Below the pieces are notes generated by a model. The model saw only the letters and a list, made by a program, of their open reading frames with translations. It was not told the origin of the DNA and ran no database searches. Made by a program: the position numbers and the translations under genes. From the NCBI RefSeq assembly GCF_044704955.1, contig NC_092010.1, positions 36,084,001 through 36,148,000 on the forward strand: a stretch of DNA of 64,000 bases, read 5' to 3'. Shown here piece by piece: positions 35,601-46,273 of the stretch (position 1 is its first letter; each line of letters opens with the position of its first letter). Source of the stretch: Pristiophorus japonicus (lineage: Eukaryota).

Positions 35601-36462
35601 GACAGGTTAGGTGAATGGGCAAATGCATGGCAGATGCAGTATAATGTGGATAAATGTGAGGTTATCCACTTTGGTGGCAAAAACAGGAAGGCAGATTATT
35701 ATCTGAATAGTGACAGATTAGTAAAAGGGGAGGTGCAACGAGACCTGGATGTCATGGTACATCAGTCACTGAAGGTTGGCATACAGGTACAGCAGGCAGT
35801 AAGGAAAGCAAATGGCATGCTGGCCTTCATAGCGAGAGGATTTGAGTATAGGAGCAGGGAGGTCTTACTGCAGTTGTACAGGGCCTTGGTGAGGCCTCAC
35901 CTGGAATATTGTGTTCAGTTTTGGTCTCCTAATCTGAGGAAGGACGTTCTTGCTATTGAGGGAGTGCAGCGAAGGGTCACCAGACTGATTCCTGGGATGG
36001 CTCGACTGACATATGAAGAAAGACTGGATCGGCTAAGCTTATACTCACTGGAATTTAGAAGAATGAGAGGGGATCTCGTAGAAACATATAAAATTATGAC
36101 GGGACTGGACAGGTTAGATGCAGGAAGAATGTTCCCGATGTTGGGGAAGTCCAGAACCAGGGGTCACAGTCTAAGGATAAGGGGCAAGCCATTTAGGACT
36201 GAGATGAGGTGAAACTTTTTCACCCAGAGAGTGGTTAGCCTGTGGAATTCTCTACCACAGAAAGTTGTTGAGCCCAGTTCGTTGGATATATTCAAGAGGG
36301 AGTTAGATGCGGCCCTTACGGCTAAGGGGATCAGCGGGTATGGAGAGAAAGCAGGAAAGGGGTACTGAAGTTGCATGATCAGCCATGATCATATTGAATG
36401 GTGGTGTGCAGGCTCGAAGGGCCGAATGGCCTGCTCCTGCACCTATTTTCTATGTTTCTATG
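32690..36462 (+). mobile_element. Long CR1 LINE: ORF1 SGNH/GDSL esterase region plus ORF2 endonuclease-RT, disrupted
   Basis: GDSIVRG, VHIGTNN and DGLHL in ORF1; ITETWL and LDWVL in the endonuclease; 647-aa RT ORF 34269..36212 with KFADD; frameshifts and a premature TGA; (TTCTATGT)n tail. Confidence 0.95.
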
Positions 36463-37201
36463 ATTGATAATATTATTAATAACTGCCTCTGACTCAACGA
36501 CCAACTCAAATAGCTGAATGGTTAAGGCGTGAAAGGAAAAGAAATAGTAGCTTCTACATAAATTTGAAGAAAAATATAAGCATCGTTAGATTCTGCACTT
36601 ATACTGAGCTGAGACTGTTAGCTGCAGAGTGGAATGCACAATTGGCAACACTCGAGTTATGCTGCAGGCTGAAACTCACACCCTGGGTACTAGATGAGAG
36701 TGCTGTGTGTGTGTACGTTCATGCCAGTAAATGTTGAATTTTTTAAGAGCGCTGGCGGAAGCATCCAATTTCTCAAGACATCAAAAAAGACTTTCCTTAA
36801 GTATTAAGTAACATTGCTGTTTGTGGACCTTACTGTGCGCAAATTGGCTACCGTGTTTCCTACATCAATACAGTGACTGCACTTCAAAAGTACTTCATTG
36901 GCTGTAAAGCGCTTTGGGACCTCTAAAAGTCATGAAAGGCGCTATACAAATGAAAGTTCTTTCTTTTCTTTTATATAAAGTACTCAAGAGATCCAACATA
37001 GGAATTGCTAGGCCCAGGTCCATCATCACCTTCGAGCATCCTGGTAGTTGCGTGATACGATAAAAGTGTTGTTGACTAACCACGACAATCAATCTCTATC
37101 ACTGAGTCTACAACAGACCCAGACATGATGTCAGGAAAACCCCCAATGGTGGAGGGCTTTGGGTCAAACCCCTCCCTGAGCACTTTCTGAACCCAACTTG
37201 A

Positions 37202-38050
37202 CATCATCATCATGGAAGACTTGCTTCCACTCCCAAAATGAGTCCTTAACTGGCTGAACTGTCCAATACGAGAACCACAGTCCCCGTCACAGGAGGGACA
37301 GATAGTCGTTGTGGGAAAGGGTGGGTGGGACAGGTTTGCCGCACGCTCCTTCCGCTGCCTCCACTTGATTTCTGCATGTTCTTAGCAATGAGACTCGAGG
37401 TGCTCAGCGCCCTCCCGGATGCACTTTCTCCACTTAGGGCGGACTGGTCTTTGGCCAGGGACTCCCAGGTGTCGGTGGGGATGTTGCACTTTATTTGAGA
37501 AGCTTGTAACATTTCCTCTGCCCACCTTTGGCTCGTTTGCCGTGAAGGAGTTCTGAGTAGAGCGCTTGCTTTGGGAGTCTCGTGTCTGGCATGTGGACAA
37601 TGTGGCCTGCCCAGCGGAGCTGATCAAGTGTGGTCAGTGCTTCAATGCTGGGGATGTTGGCCTGGTCGAGGACACTAATGTTGGTGCGTCTATCCTCCCA
37701 GGGGATTTGTAGGATCTTGCGGAGACATCGTTGGTGGTATTTCTCCAGCGACTTGAGGTGTCTACTGTACATGGTCCATGTCTCTGAGCCATACAGGAGG
37801 GCGGGTATTACTACAGCCCTGTAGACCATGAACTTGGTGGCAGATTTGAGGGCCTGGTCTTCAATCACTCATTTTCTCAGGCGGCCGAAGGCTGCACTGG
37901 CACACTGGAGGCAGTGTTGAATCTCGTCATCAATGTCTGCTCTTGTTGATAAGAGGCTCCCGAGGTAAGGGAAATGGTCCACGTTGTCCAGGGCCGCGCC
38001 GTGGATCTTGATGGCTGGGGGGCAGTGCTGTGCGGCGAGGACAGGCTGGT
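37202..38050 (-). mobile_element. RTE LINE 3' fragment
   Basis: ORF 37491..37868 LLYGSETWT...LRWAGH...RLPKQALY; (ATG)n tail. Confidence 0.9.
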
Positions 38051-39461
38051 GTAAAAAGATATGTGAACAAACCGCATAATATCAGTACTTCTGGAATTAC
38101 TCAATATCTGGTCCGTTCACAAGGTCAGATTTTGTGCTTTGTCCCACAGTTAGTTTTTTTAAGGTACTTTTTCCCCTCCAATTTCTCCTCTGTTGATGCA
38201 CGGACTGTTGCTGGAATACAGTGCCACAGGAGCCAACCGCACTGGCTTTCTTGCCCAAATGGCCATTCTTCATGTGCTCGCTCAGATAGTGAGTGTCAAT
38301 AGGATGTTCAACCATAGAGGGCATTGCAGGCCAGCGCAATCCTTTCCTCACTGGATCTCCATGTGCGCACTTTCCAAGCTGGAGTCATAAGATAGCAATC
38401 AGGAGGAGGAACTCTTGCTGGTTTATTTCCCCTGCCTCGCTCAGGAGTGCTGAGGCCAACTGCACCATCCCCCACTACCATCTTGGTTGAGATTGGCTAA
38501 CATGCCAAACTGAGGACTAAACTTGATCTGTATGGTTGTTTCATAATGGGCATTGCATTTAGTGACTGAACCATCGGGAGAGCTCATCCATGCATTGCAA
38601 GCACAAGCAGCCACTTTCTGCCAGCAATTTCTGAAGACTGTTATCGACTGCTTTTCAGACTTTGTCAACGAATTCCCTCGTCTTGACTAAATAGCGAAAA
38701 AGCCACCATCTGCCAACGCATCACTGAATCAGATGAAATGGTTCTTAAAATACCAAAAGCAGTTGACAAACTAGTCAACAGCAAGATTGATATCATGTAA
38801 AAAGGGGCCTTCAGTGTCAGTCAGCCAGAGTACTTACGTTTCTGGCTTTCCGATTGGCAATCATTGAACCATTTGAGCTGACAGCTTACTGCAGAAAAGA
38901 TAATACATAAAGAAAGGAATTTTATTCCAGCAGTTAACAATTAAAAGGAGTCATTTCACTATTTGGCACAGTGACTAACCAACCTTTAAATATGGCGTAC
39001 TTTTGTAAATCGTCCAAGGTTAATTTGTCAGCAGGTCAGGCATTAATAAGTTGGTAAAGATACCTGATATTTCTGCCGGATCCATTTAACTCATTCACTA
39101 CCTGAGGCACTGTTTATTGTTTTTCCCATCCTGATCACTAAACAGCGACGACTCCTGCAAAATGTGCGTGTGTGGATATGGAAGTGATGACAGGTTGAGT
39201 TCAGCTGTGCTGCCCCTGCCTTCAGTGTTGAATATTGACTGTCTAAATTTACATTTGGAGAACAGCGATTGGGGTTGCCAGTCCGAGTGGGGATTCCTCC
39301 CAGATGTTAGTGGAAAGCCCATTCCTTGTGTTGGAATTAAATCTCTGTTGGCCGTGAGAGGCAGCCTTTCAACGGATGAGTTCTGGGCAAAGAAAGGCGC
39401 CCGTGACAAAATGATGTGGGACCCACAAAAGGGTGAAATACTTTGAAGATAATCCGACACA

Positions 39462-39818
39462 GGGGAGCTGGGCGGTGCGGTGGATTAGACACAGGCTTTT
39501 CACTGCTTGGGCTCGGTTCAAATTCAAACTGGACTGATGGGATAAACGTCTACCTCTCTCTTCTGGCTATAAGGGTCCCATTTGAAATGAGTTGGGTAGT
39601 TTCAATACAGTTCCGTGTGGACGTGGTGCCTGCAGCACAAAGTTGCCCCTAATTTAGCAATTTCACTCAGCGAGGCCACGGGACGGTGGTGTGGGAATTG
39701 TGAAAAAAATGTCCCACTGATGCAGTAGGGGGTCCTCCCTGAGGTTGAGGTATGACATTGGGGAAGGGTAGAGGGTGCTCAACTCTGTCGCTGGTCGTGC
39801 TTTGCCTGAGCTGGGAGA
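39462..39818 (+). mobile_element. LF-SINE-like ancient SINE
   Basis: tRNA-like head GGGGAGCTGG...TTCAAAT followed by TGAAATGAGTTGGGTAGTTTCAATACAGTTCCGTGTGGAC, similar to the LF-SINE core as recalled. Confidence 0.6.
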
Positions 39819-40123
39819 ATCTTTGGAATCCTCTATCCCAGAGAGCTGTGGCAGCTGAGTCATTGAATGTCTTCAAGGCTGAGATAGACAGAGTTTTGAA
39901 CGATAAGGGAGTCAAGGGTCATGGGGAACAGGCTGGAATGTGGAGTTGAGACCAAGATCAGATCAGCCATCTTATTGAATGGCGGAGCAGGTTCAAAGGG
40001 CCGTATGGCCGACTCCTGCTCCTATTTCTTATGATCTTATGTTCTTATGATCTTATTGAATGGCGGAGCAGGCTCAAGGGGCCGTATGGCTGACTCCTGC
40101 TCCTATTTCTTATGTTCTTATGC
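39819..40123 (+). mobile_element. CR1 3' end with tandemly duplicated terminus
   Basis: Terminal motif plus tail present twice (39969-40047 and 40048-40123). Confidence 0.85.
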
Positions 40124-40780
40124 TCTTGATGCTGGGTGTCTTCGATGGGAAGGATACCACTCCTTGGCACTGATAGCCTTCACCTTGATGAGAGCAAAAC
40201 TTTAAAAAAGAAAGTACCCCTTTAACGATAGCTTGCTTTTTTATCTTTACATTGATTCACCCCACTCTGTTTTCTTTCACTGACTTGTTCCATTCGCCTC
40301 CTAATACTAGCACCAAAAATGAAAACTCCTTCTGAAAGTATGAGGCATAAAATATAAATTGCTGCCCATTCTAAAGTTAATAGAGTCCTTGATCAACACT
40401 GTCACAAGGTTACTTTGAAACACAAGCATGACAAAACAGGTTGATTTTCCACCTTCCCCCCTCAAAAAATAAATATTACCTGAGTTTTTCCCTATTTAAT
40501 AACATTTTCACTGGCTGTCAAGATTGGTGTAGTAGCAGATGATAGGGCTTAGATGGAAATGACCTCATTATAGCTGCCAAATCCATTCAAATATTCATAG
40601 CACCATCAAAAAAACATAGAGACACAGACAAGTCATTATTTCAGATGTTAATAATACCTTAGTGATGGAAAAAAACATTCCATTCCTTATCCAAGGCTGC
40701 TATTTTCTTACTTTCTGAGCCTGGCAGAGTGACAAATTAAATGATTTAAATTTCCACCCGTCTTGCACTTGAAACATAGA

Positions 40781-41135
40781 ATACTGAGGGAGTACTGCAC
40801 TGTCGGAGGTGCCGTCTTTCAGATGAGACGTTAAACTGAGGCCCCTCTGCTCTCTCGGGTGGATGTAAAAGATCCCATGGCACTATTTTGAAGAAGAGCA
40901 GGAGAGTTATCCCCGGTACCCTGGCCGATATTTATCCCTCAATCAACATCTCTAAAACAGATTATCGGGTCATTATCACACTGCTGTCTGTGGGAGCTTG
41001 CTGTGTGCAAATTGGCCGCTGCATTTCCCACATTACAACAGGGACAACACTTCAAAAGTACTTCATTAGCTGTAAAGCGCTTTGGGACTTCCTGAGGATG
41101 TGAAAGGCGCTATATAAATACAAATTTGTTCTTTC
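40781..41135 (+). mobile_element. DeuSINE, 5'-truncated
   Basis: Deu domain plus L2-type tail. Confidence 0.8.
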
Positions 41136-41140
41136 TTTAC

Positions 41141-41750
41141 TGTTAGCGGAAAAAGATTGGAGGGTGAAGTGGGACAATAGGTCACACTGGACATATCAGA
41201 CATGGAATAGAGGGTTAAAGTGTGTACGTGCAGCCCTTACAAACTAAACACGTAGAAATAAGAATTAGGTTGAGAACTGTACATCTGTACTTTGTCTCAA
41301 GGTCGCATCGTGTACCTCCTGTCCTAACACAAGAGAGAACATGGGGATGGTATGTCTTAGACCGGCACTTCAGCAAAAACCATACCCAGTATGAGCAAAG
41401 GTCAAATTGGAGCCAGGCACAGGAGTGATAAGACAACACTCCAAGTTGGATAAACACCCTGAGCCACAGTAGGGGAAAAGTACCAGAAATAGGTGGGATA
41501 GAAATCATCTTCACCCTATGACAAGGGGCTGTGTCCATTCAAATCAATGTATGTCTCATGTATTGAATGTCCGGCCATTATAGGCCGAGTAACTGTATAA
41601 AAACCCTGTGTGTTCTTTGTTCAGGGAGAGCGGGTGCGGAGAGTTCAGTAGGGGCTGGCTTGCAGGCTCGTTTCTCCCTTGCAAGTAAAATAAACTGAGT
41701 TGTGTTTGATTCCTAACAGACTATGTCGAGGTTAATTATTTTAATCTCCA
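41141..41750 (+). mobile_element. Putative solo LTR
   Basis: Starts TGTTAG; TATAAAA near 41596 and AATAAA near 41689; 3' end uncertain (CTAACA at 41718 or CA at 41750). Confidence 0.45.
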
Positions 41751-42694
41751 CTTCAGAGGGCAGCATGAATCATATTTTTTTAATTTGTTGTTTGATGCGG
41801 CCTGAGCTGCTTCTACACTGAGAGTAAAACTCCAGCAATTTATAGTATTGAAAGTGCTGTGTATGTCCGAATGCAATACTGTACTCTCTACAGTCAATCA
41901 GAATGCAGAACTTCAACCAATCATATCGCAGCAAGCTCAGTCCCTGCAACTTGTCTCTTCAACCAATCCGATTCCAGAACCTGGGATCATTCGGAGCACA
42001 GAACCATTTCTGTAATGTCATTTCTGATTGGCTGTTTTGAGTGACTGAATCGAACATACTCCACCCAAAGAAAGTTCTGTGGCATCTAGCTGCCATGACA
42101 ACTGCTCATCCACCCCACTACATAACCCTAAAAATTACAAACATACTCAGAAATCAACCCATCCCATCTTCTAGTTGCTCCGGCAACTTACTCCTACAGG
42201 CTTCGTGCAGATGCCTGGCTTCAAATACACCCTCAACCCTGCCGCTTGTCACTTCCCACCCATTCTGAATACCCTCAGCCGTCCCTTTCTCTCCCTGACC
42301 CAAACTCCAATATGTTTGCAGTCCTTACCACTTAGTAGCTGTACACTGTTGGGTTGGTGGTCGAATTCTGCTATAATGGTCGCAATAGAGATTTAAAGGA
42401 TCCTAGATCCAGATTTTAGCTTCACACCATCCATGTGATTTAGTGCATCTGTTTCCATGTGGTATCTGGAAGATAGAGAGTAAATATTGATAAATGAATC
42501 AAGTTATTAGGTGAATAGGACACCTAACATGAAAAGTTGGCTTATAATAAGCAGTTGTATAAAAAGTGCCTCACAATCAGAACTGGCACATCTTTCATAA
42601 CGTTGAGCTTCGTTATCCTGATGAGTCTTGTCCTTCTAGGTAGGTACAACAAATACTCATGACCAGGGGTCAGAGCGTGAATGTGTGCAATCAG

Positions 42695-43128
42695 AAAAGA
42701 AAAAGACTTGCATTTCTATAGCGCCTTTCATGACCTCAGGACATCCAAAAGCGCTTTACAGTCAATGAAGTACTTTTGAAGTGCAGTCACTGTTGTAACG
42801 TAGGAAACGCAGCAGCCAATTTGCGCTCAGCAAACTCCCACAAACAGCAATGTGATAATGACCAGATAATCTGTTTTAGTGATGTTGATTGAGGGATTAA
42901 TATTGGCCAGGACACCGGGGAGAACTCCCTTGCTCTTCTTCAAAATAGTGCCAAAGGATCGTTTACGTCCACCTGAGAGAGCAGACGGGGCCTCAGTTTA
43001 ACGTCTCATGCACTGCACTGGAGTGTCAGCCTGGATTTCTGTGCTCAAGTCTCTGGAGTGGGACTTGAACCCACAACAACCTTCTGACTCAGAGACAAGG
43101 GTGCTACCCACTGAGCCACAGCTGACAC
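42695..43128 (-). mobile_element. DeuSINE, near full length
   Basis: Reverse complement of the 15371-15817 family. Confidence 0.82.
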
Positions 43129-46124
43129 CCCTTTGTCAGAGGGGCAGCCTTGGCATTAACCTCGCGGCCCACTGGCACATTCAATGCGAACAACACTTTT
43201 CTACTCTGTGTGCTGAATCAGAGTGAACTTAACTGATGGCTCAGTGGGTAAATGCACCGTCTGATGTGGTACTGAGCCATGCAGACCAGGAAGATGCCAT
43301 GTTTGATCCTCCAGAAAGCTGAGTTAAGTGAGCTCAGCCAGGGCAGTTGCAGCAGTGAAAATTCTGCAGCCCATACTCAATGTAATCAATTCAAAATGCC
43401 GTTGGCTTGAAGGTAGAAACAAACAGGCTCACCGCCTCCCCAGTGGTATATGCTCAAGAACAGGAGTGGCAAGGGTAGGCAACCACCCTATTTACCGACA
43501 CTTTCATGGACAAGGAGGTAGTACTCCCTCTGGTTGGGGGTGGTTTGTCTAAGGACATACTTCCTCATTCATATTTTGATAACTAGATTTTTTTTTAAAT
43601 GGAGTACCTGCCAATAGTGATTGTTATTTCAACATTCTGTTTTCTTCTCTGCCCCCCGCCCCAATATTTCCTCTCCTGAAGGTCCAGTTCCATGGCACTA
43701 GCAGCCCATGTGACAATTCTTAATGTATGAGCCTAGACAGTGAGTGCCAGGAAGGTTTGATTTGCTTCACCACTGAGGCCAATCCTGTACTGAGTCTACC
43801 ACACACACACACCGATACTAAATTGTCAATCTCACTCAGAGGGGCCATAAAGATGGCCAGTGTGGGAAACAGTTGTCACAATGCTGCAATACTGGATTAA
43901 GATAAATTATTGAGTACAGGCAATATATGACCCGGGGGTCCTGTACTGTCACACTACCCATCCCTTACCATTGACTTTACTCAGCTTGATGAATTAAAAA
44001 AACAAGTGCTAATAACAAAAACATTGGAAAATAATTCAACCAAGCACATTCCTCTAACCGTGGGCTGCCTCATATTTCAATGATGGCTGCTGCCTTGAAG
44101 ATGACAAGTGGGTAATCGGTGGCGCATAAGCAAAGTCCAACTCATGACCATGGCCAATAAGGAGACAGTCACCTTATTTTCTTTCTGCAATAACTGGCAG
44201 CCAGTGCAACTCGACAACAGGCCTGGTCCTTGCAGCAGGATCTAAAGGGTGCACGTCGACTGCAACTTTAGTGTGTGTCACAGCAACGCTATAGTTACAG
44301 TATGACCGCTGACCTGACTCGGGAGGGGAGCAGTGTGAGATCCTCCAGCGTGCAGTCAAATCAGGTTAGACCATTTGGACACTTCATTGCCTTACACTGG
44401 GCTGATTTAAATGTACTGGGAGTGCGGACGCTCCCCGCCCTGCACGTTTAATACATTTAACTACCAAGAGTGGAACATATGTAAAGCTCACTGCTGCATC
44501 TGATAGCACCATTCACAGTCAAAAGTACTGCCAGCTGCAAATCAATACTATAGCAACCAATCTGAGATCAACTTGTTGTGGAAAAATATTTCCGAGACTG
44601 TATAATATATATAAAGAGAGGTTTATTAAATCGGAGACAAAACTTTGGGAGAAGTGTTAAAGACCCCTGTCTTTGAACCACTTCTCAAATTGGTATCTGC
44701 AGTGAAGTTCTTTTATCTTACAAATTACGTCACTTTACAACACATGCTTTAGCACTACAAAGCTTTGACTATCGAAGGCTAAGCTTTTGATATAACCCAT
44801 CCTGCATTGTGACAGGGCAGTATAAACAAGTGCAGGCTTTTGACACCGGTATAAACAAACATACCCAGTACTTAACTCTCCAGTGTTCATTATCTCACTT
44901 TCCTATCTCCATTAACTCAAGGCCAGCATGCCTTAAAGTCTAACTGTTTAAAGCATAATGCATCAGTATTGTCCCTTACAAATTTCATTTAAAGGGGAAA
45001 ATAAAACAAATGTTTGGTCCTGTATACAATCAAGTATATGTCCAAAAATCCGCTCCAACAAACTGCACCCAAAGAAATCAAATGAAAAATCCACTTGAGG
45101 GGGAAGGAGTAAAAAAAGGTAATCAATCAAGTAGGACTGTCACATTTTTTGATTACACCAATGTGGCAATGTTTTAAAAATTGTTCATCTTTATTTTGTA
45201 ACATAAATTGCAGTAAAAAGATGGAATGATAGAATAAATGTTATTCAATAAACATGTTAAGTATGATAAATGCATTCAGCATGCCTTTATTGAAACATCT
45301 GTAAACTCATGTGGCAGCAAGTCATCCTCGTTCGAGGGACCACCTTTGATGATGATGATTTTATTTCAGTATAATTCGATATTTTTTCACATACAAGGAA
45401 GCATATGAAGGTTATACACAAGGATATTTTTTCATGATATTCCATAGCGTATAAATTCTTTGTTGTAGTTTTTATCATTTGAATTATCGACCTCTCGCTC
45501 CTCCTTTTAAGACGATCCTGAAAACCTACCTATTTGTCCAAGCTTTTGGTCACCTGTCCTAATATCTCCTTCTGTGGCTCAGTGTCAAATTTAGTCTGAC
45601 AACGATCCTGTGAAGCGCCTAGGAACGTTTTATTACGCTAAAGGTGCTGTATAAATGCAAGTTGTTGTTGTTTATTTTTCCAGTCTCCTCCCTTCGGTCC
45701 TGACTCTGTTGGGGAGCAGTTCCACAGGCAGCCCTGCAATATCTCACCCAAAATGGCATGGCAGCTGAGTAAAGTCCTGTCCTCACTGACAACCACACAA
45801 TGGGGTCACTGGAGCAGGATCGCTTTTGCTTTATCGAAACCTCTCAGAATTTTGAACACCTCTATCAGATCTCCTCTTAATCATGTTTGTACTAAGGAAA
45901 AGAGCTCCAGTTTCTCTGGGCTCTCTTCATAAATAAAGCCTCTCATCCCTGCTGCCATCTGCGTGGCTCTCTTCTGCCCTGTCTCCATGGCATCCAAGAA
46001 GTCCATCAAACCACTGTAATAATAAAGAGGAAAACAAGACAAAAAGAGATGAGAAGCCCCACCTTTGTTGTTTTTTTTGCTGCACTTTTTTCTAAACTAC
46101 CTTGACATATTTTTCTGAGGAGAT

Positions 46125-46190
46125 AGATGACATCGCGAGACTCGATGACCTTTGCACCCGCCCATCCTCTTGTTTTCCAAGATGGCGCTG
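46125..46190 (+). promoter_or_regulatory. LETMD1 core promoter region with BANP-like CATCGCGAGA and YY1-like CAAGATGGCG motifs
   Basis: Motifs at 46131-46140 and 46178-46187; local CpG enrichment; no obvious TATA box. Confidence 0.5.
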
Positions 46191-46273
46191 GCCAGAGGGT
46201 GCTTCAGGCTTCAGGGGCTGAGAGGATGTCGCCTCTCCGCGTTCTTGCATTATCCGACCGTCTATGTCGCCCA
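46182..46273 (+). CDS. LETMD1: LETMD1 exon 1 (MALARGCFRLQGLRGCRLSAFLHYPTVYVA; mitochondrial presequence-like)
   Basis: aagATGG Kozak context in a CpG-richer region; Arg-rich with no acidic residues; phase-2 gtaaga donor fits exon 2. Confidence 0.75.

Noticed and set aside
34269-36212. 647-aa RT ORF as an active or domesticated gene
   Set aside because: Part of a CR1 with a frameshifted endonuclease region and a premature stop; many near-identical fragments occur in the window.
42618-42640. CTGATGAG as another hammerhead core or snoRNA C box
   Set aside because: No suitably placed GAAA box with stems, and no D box with a terminal stem.
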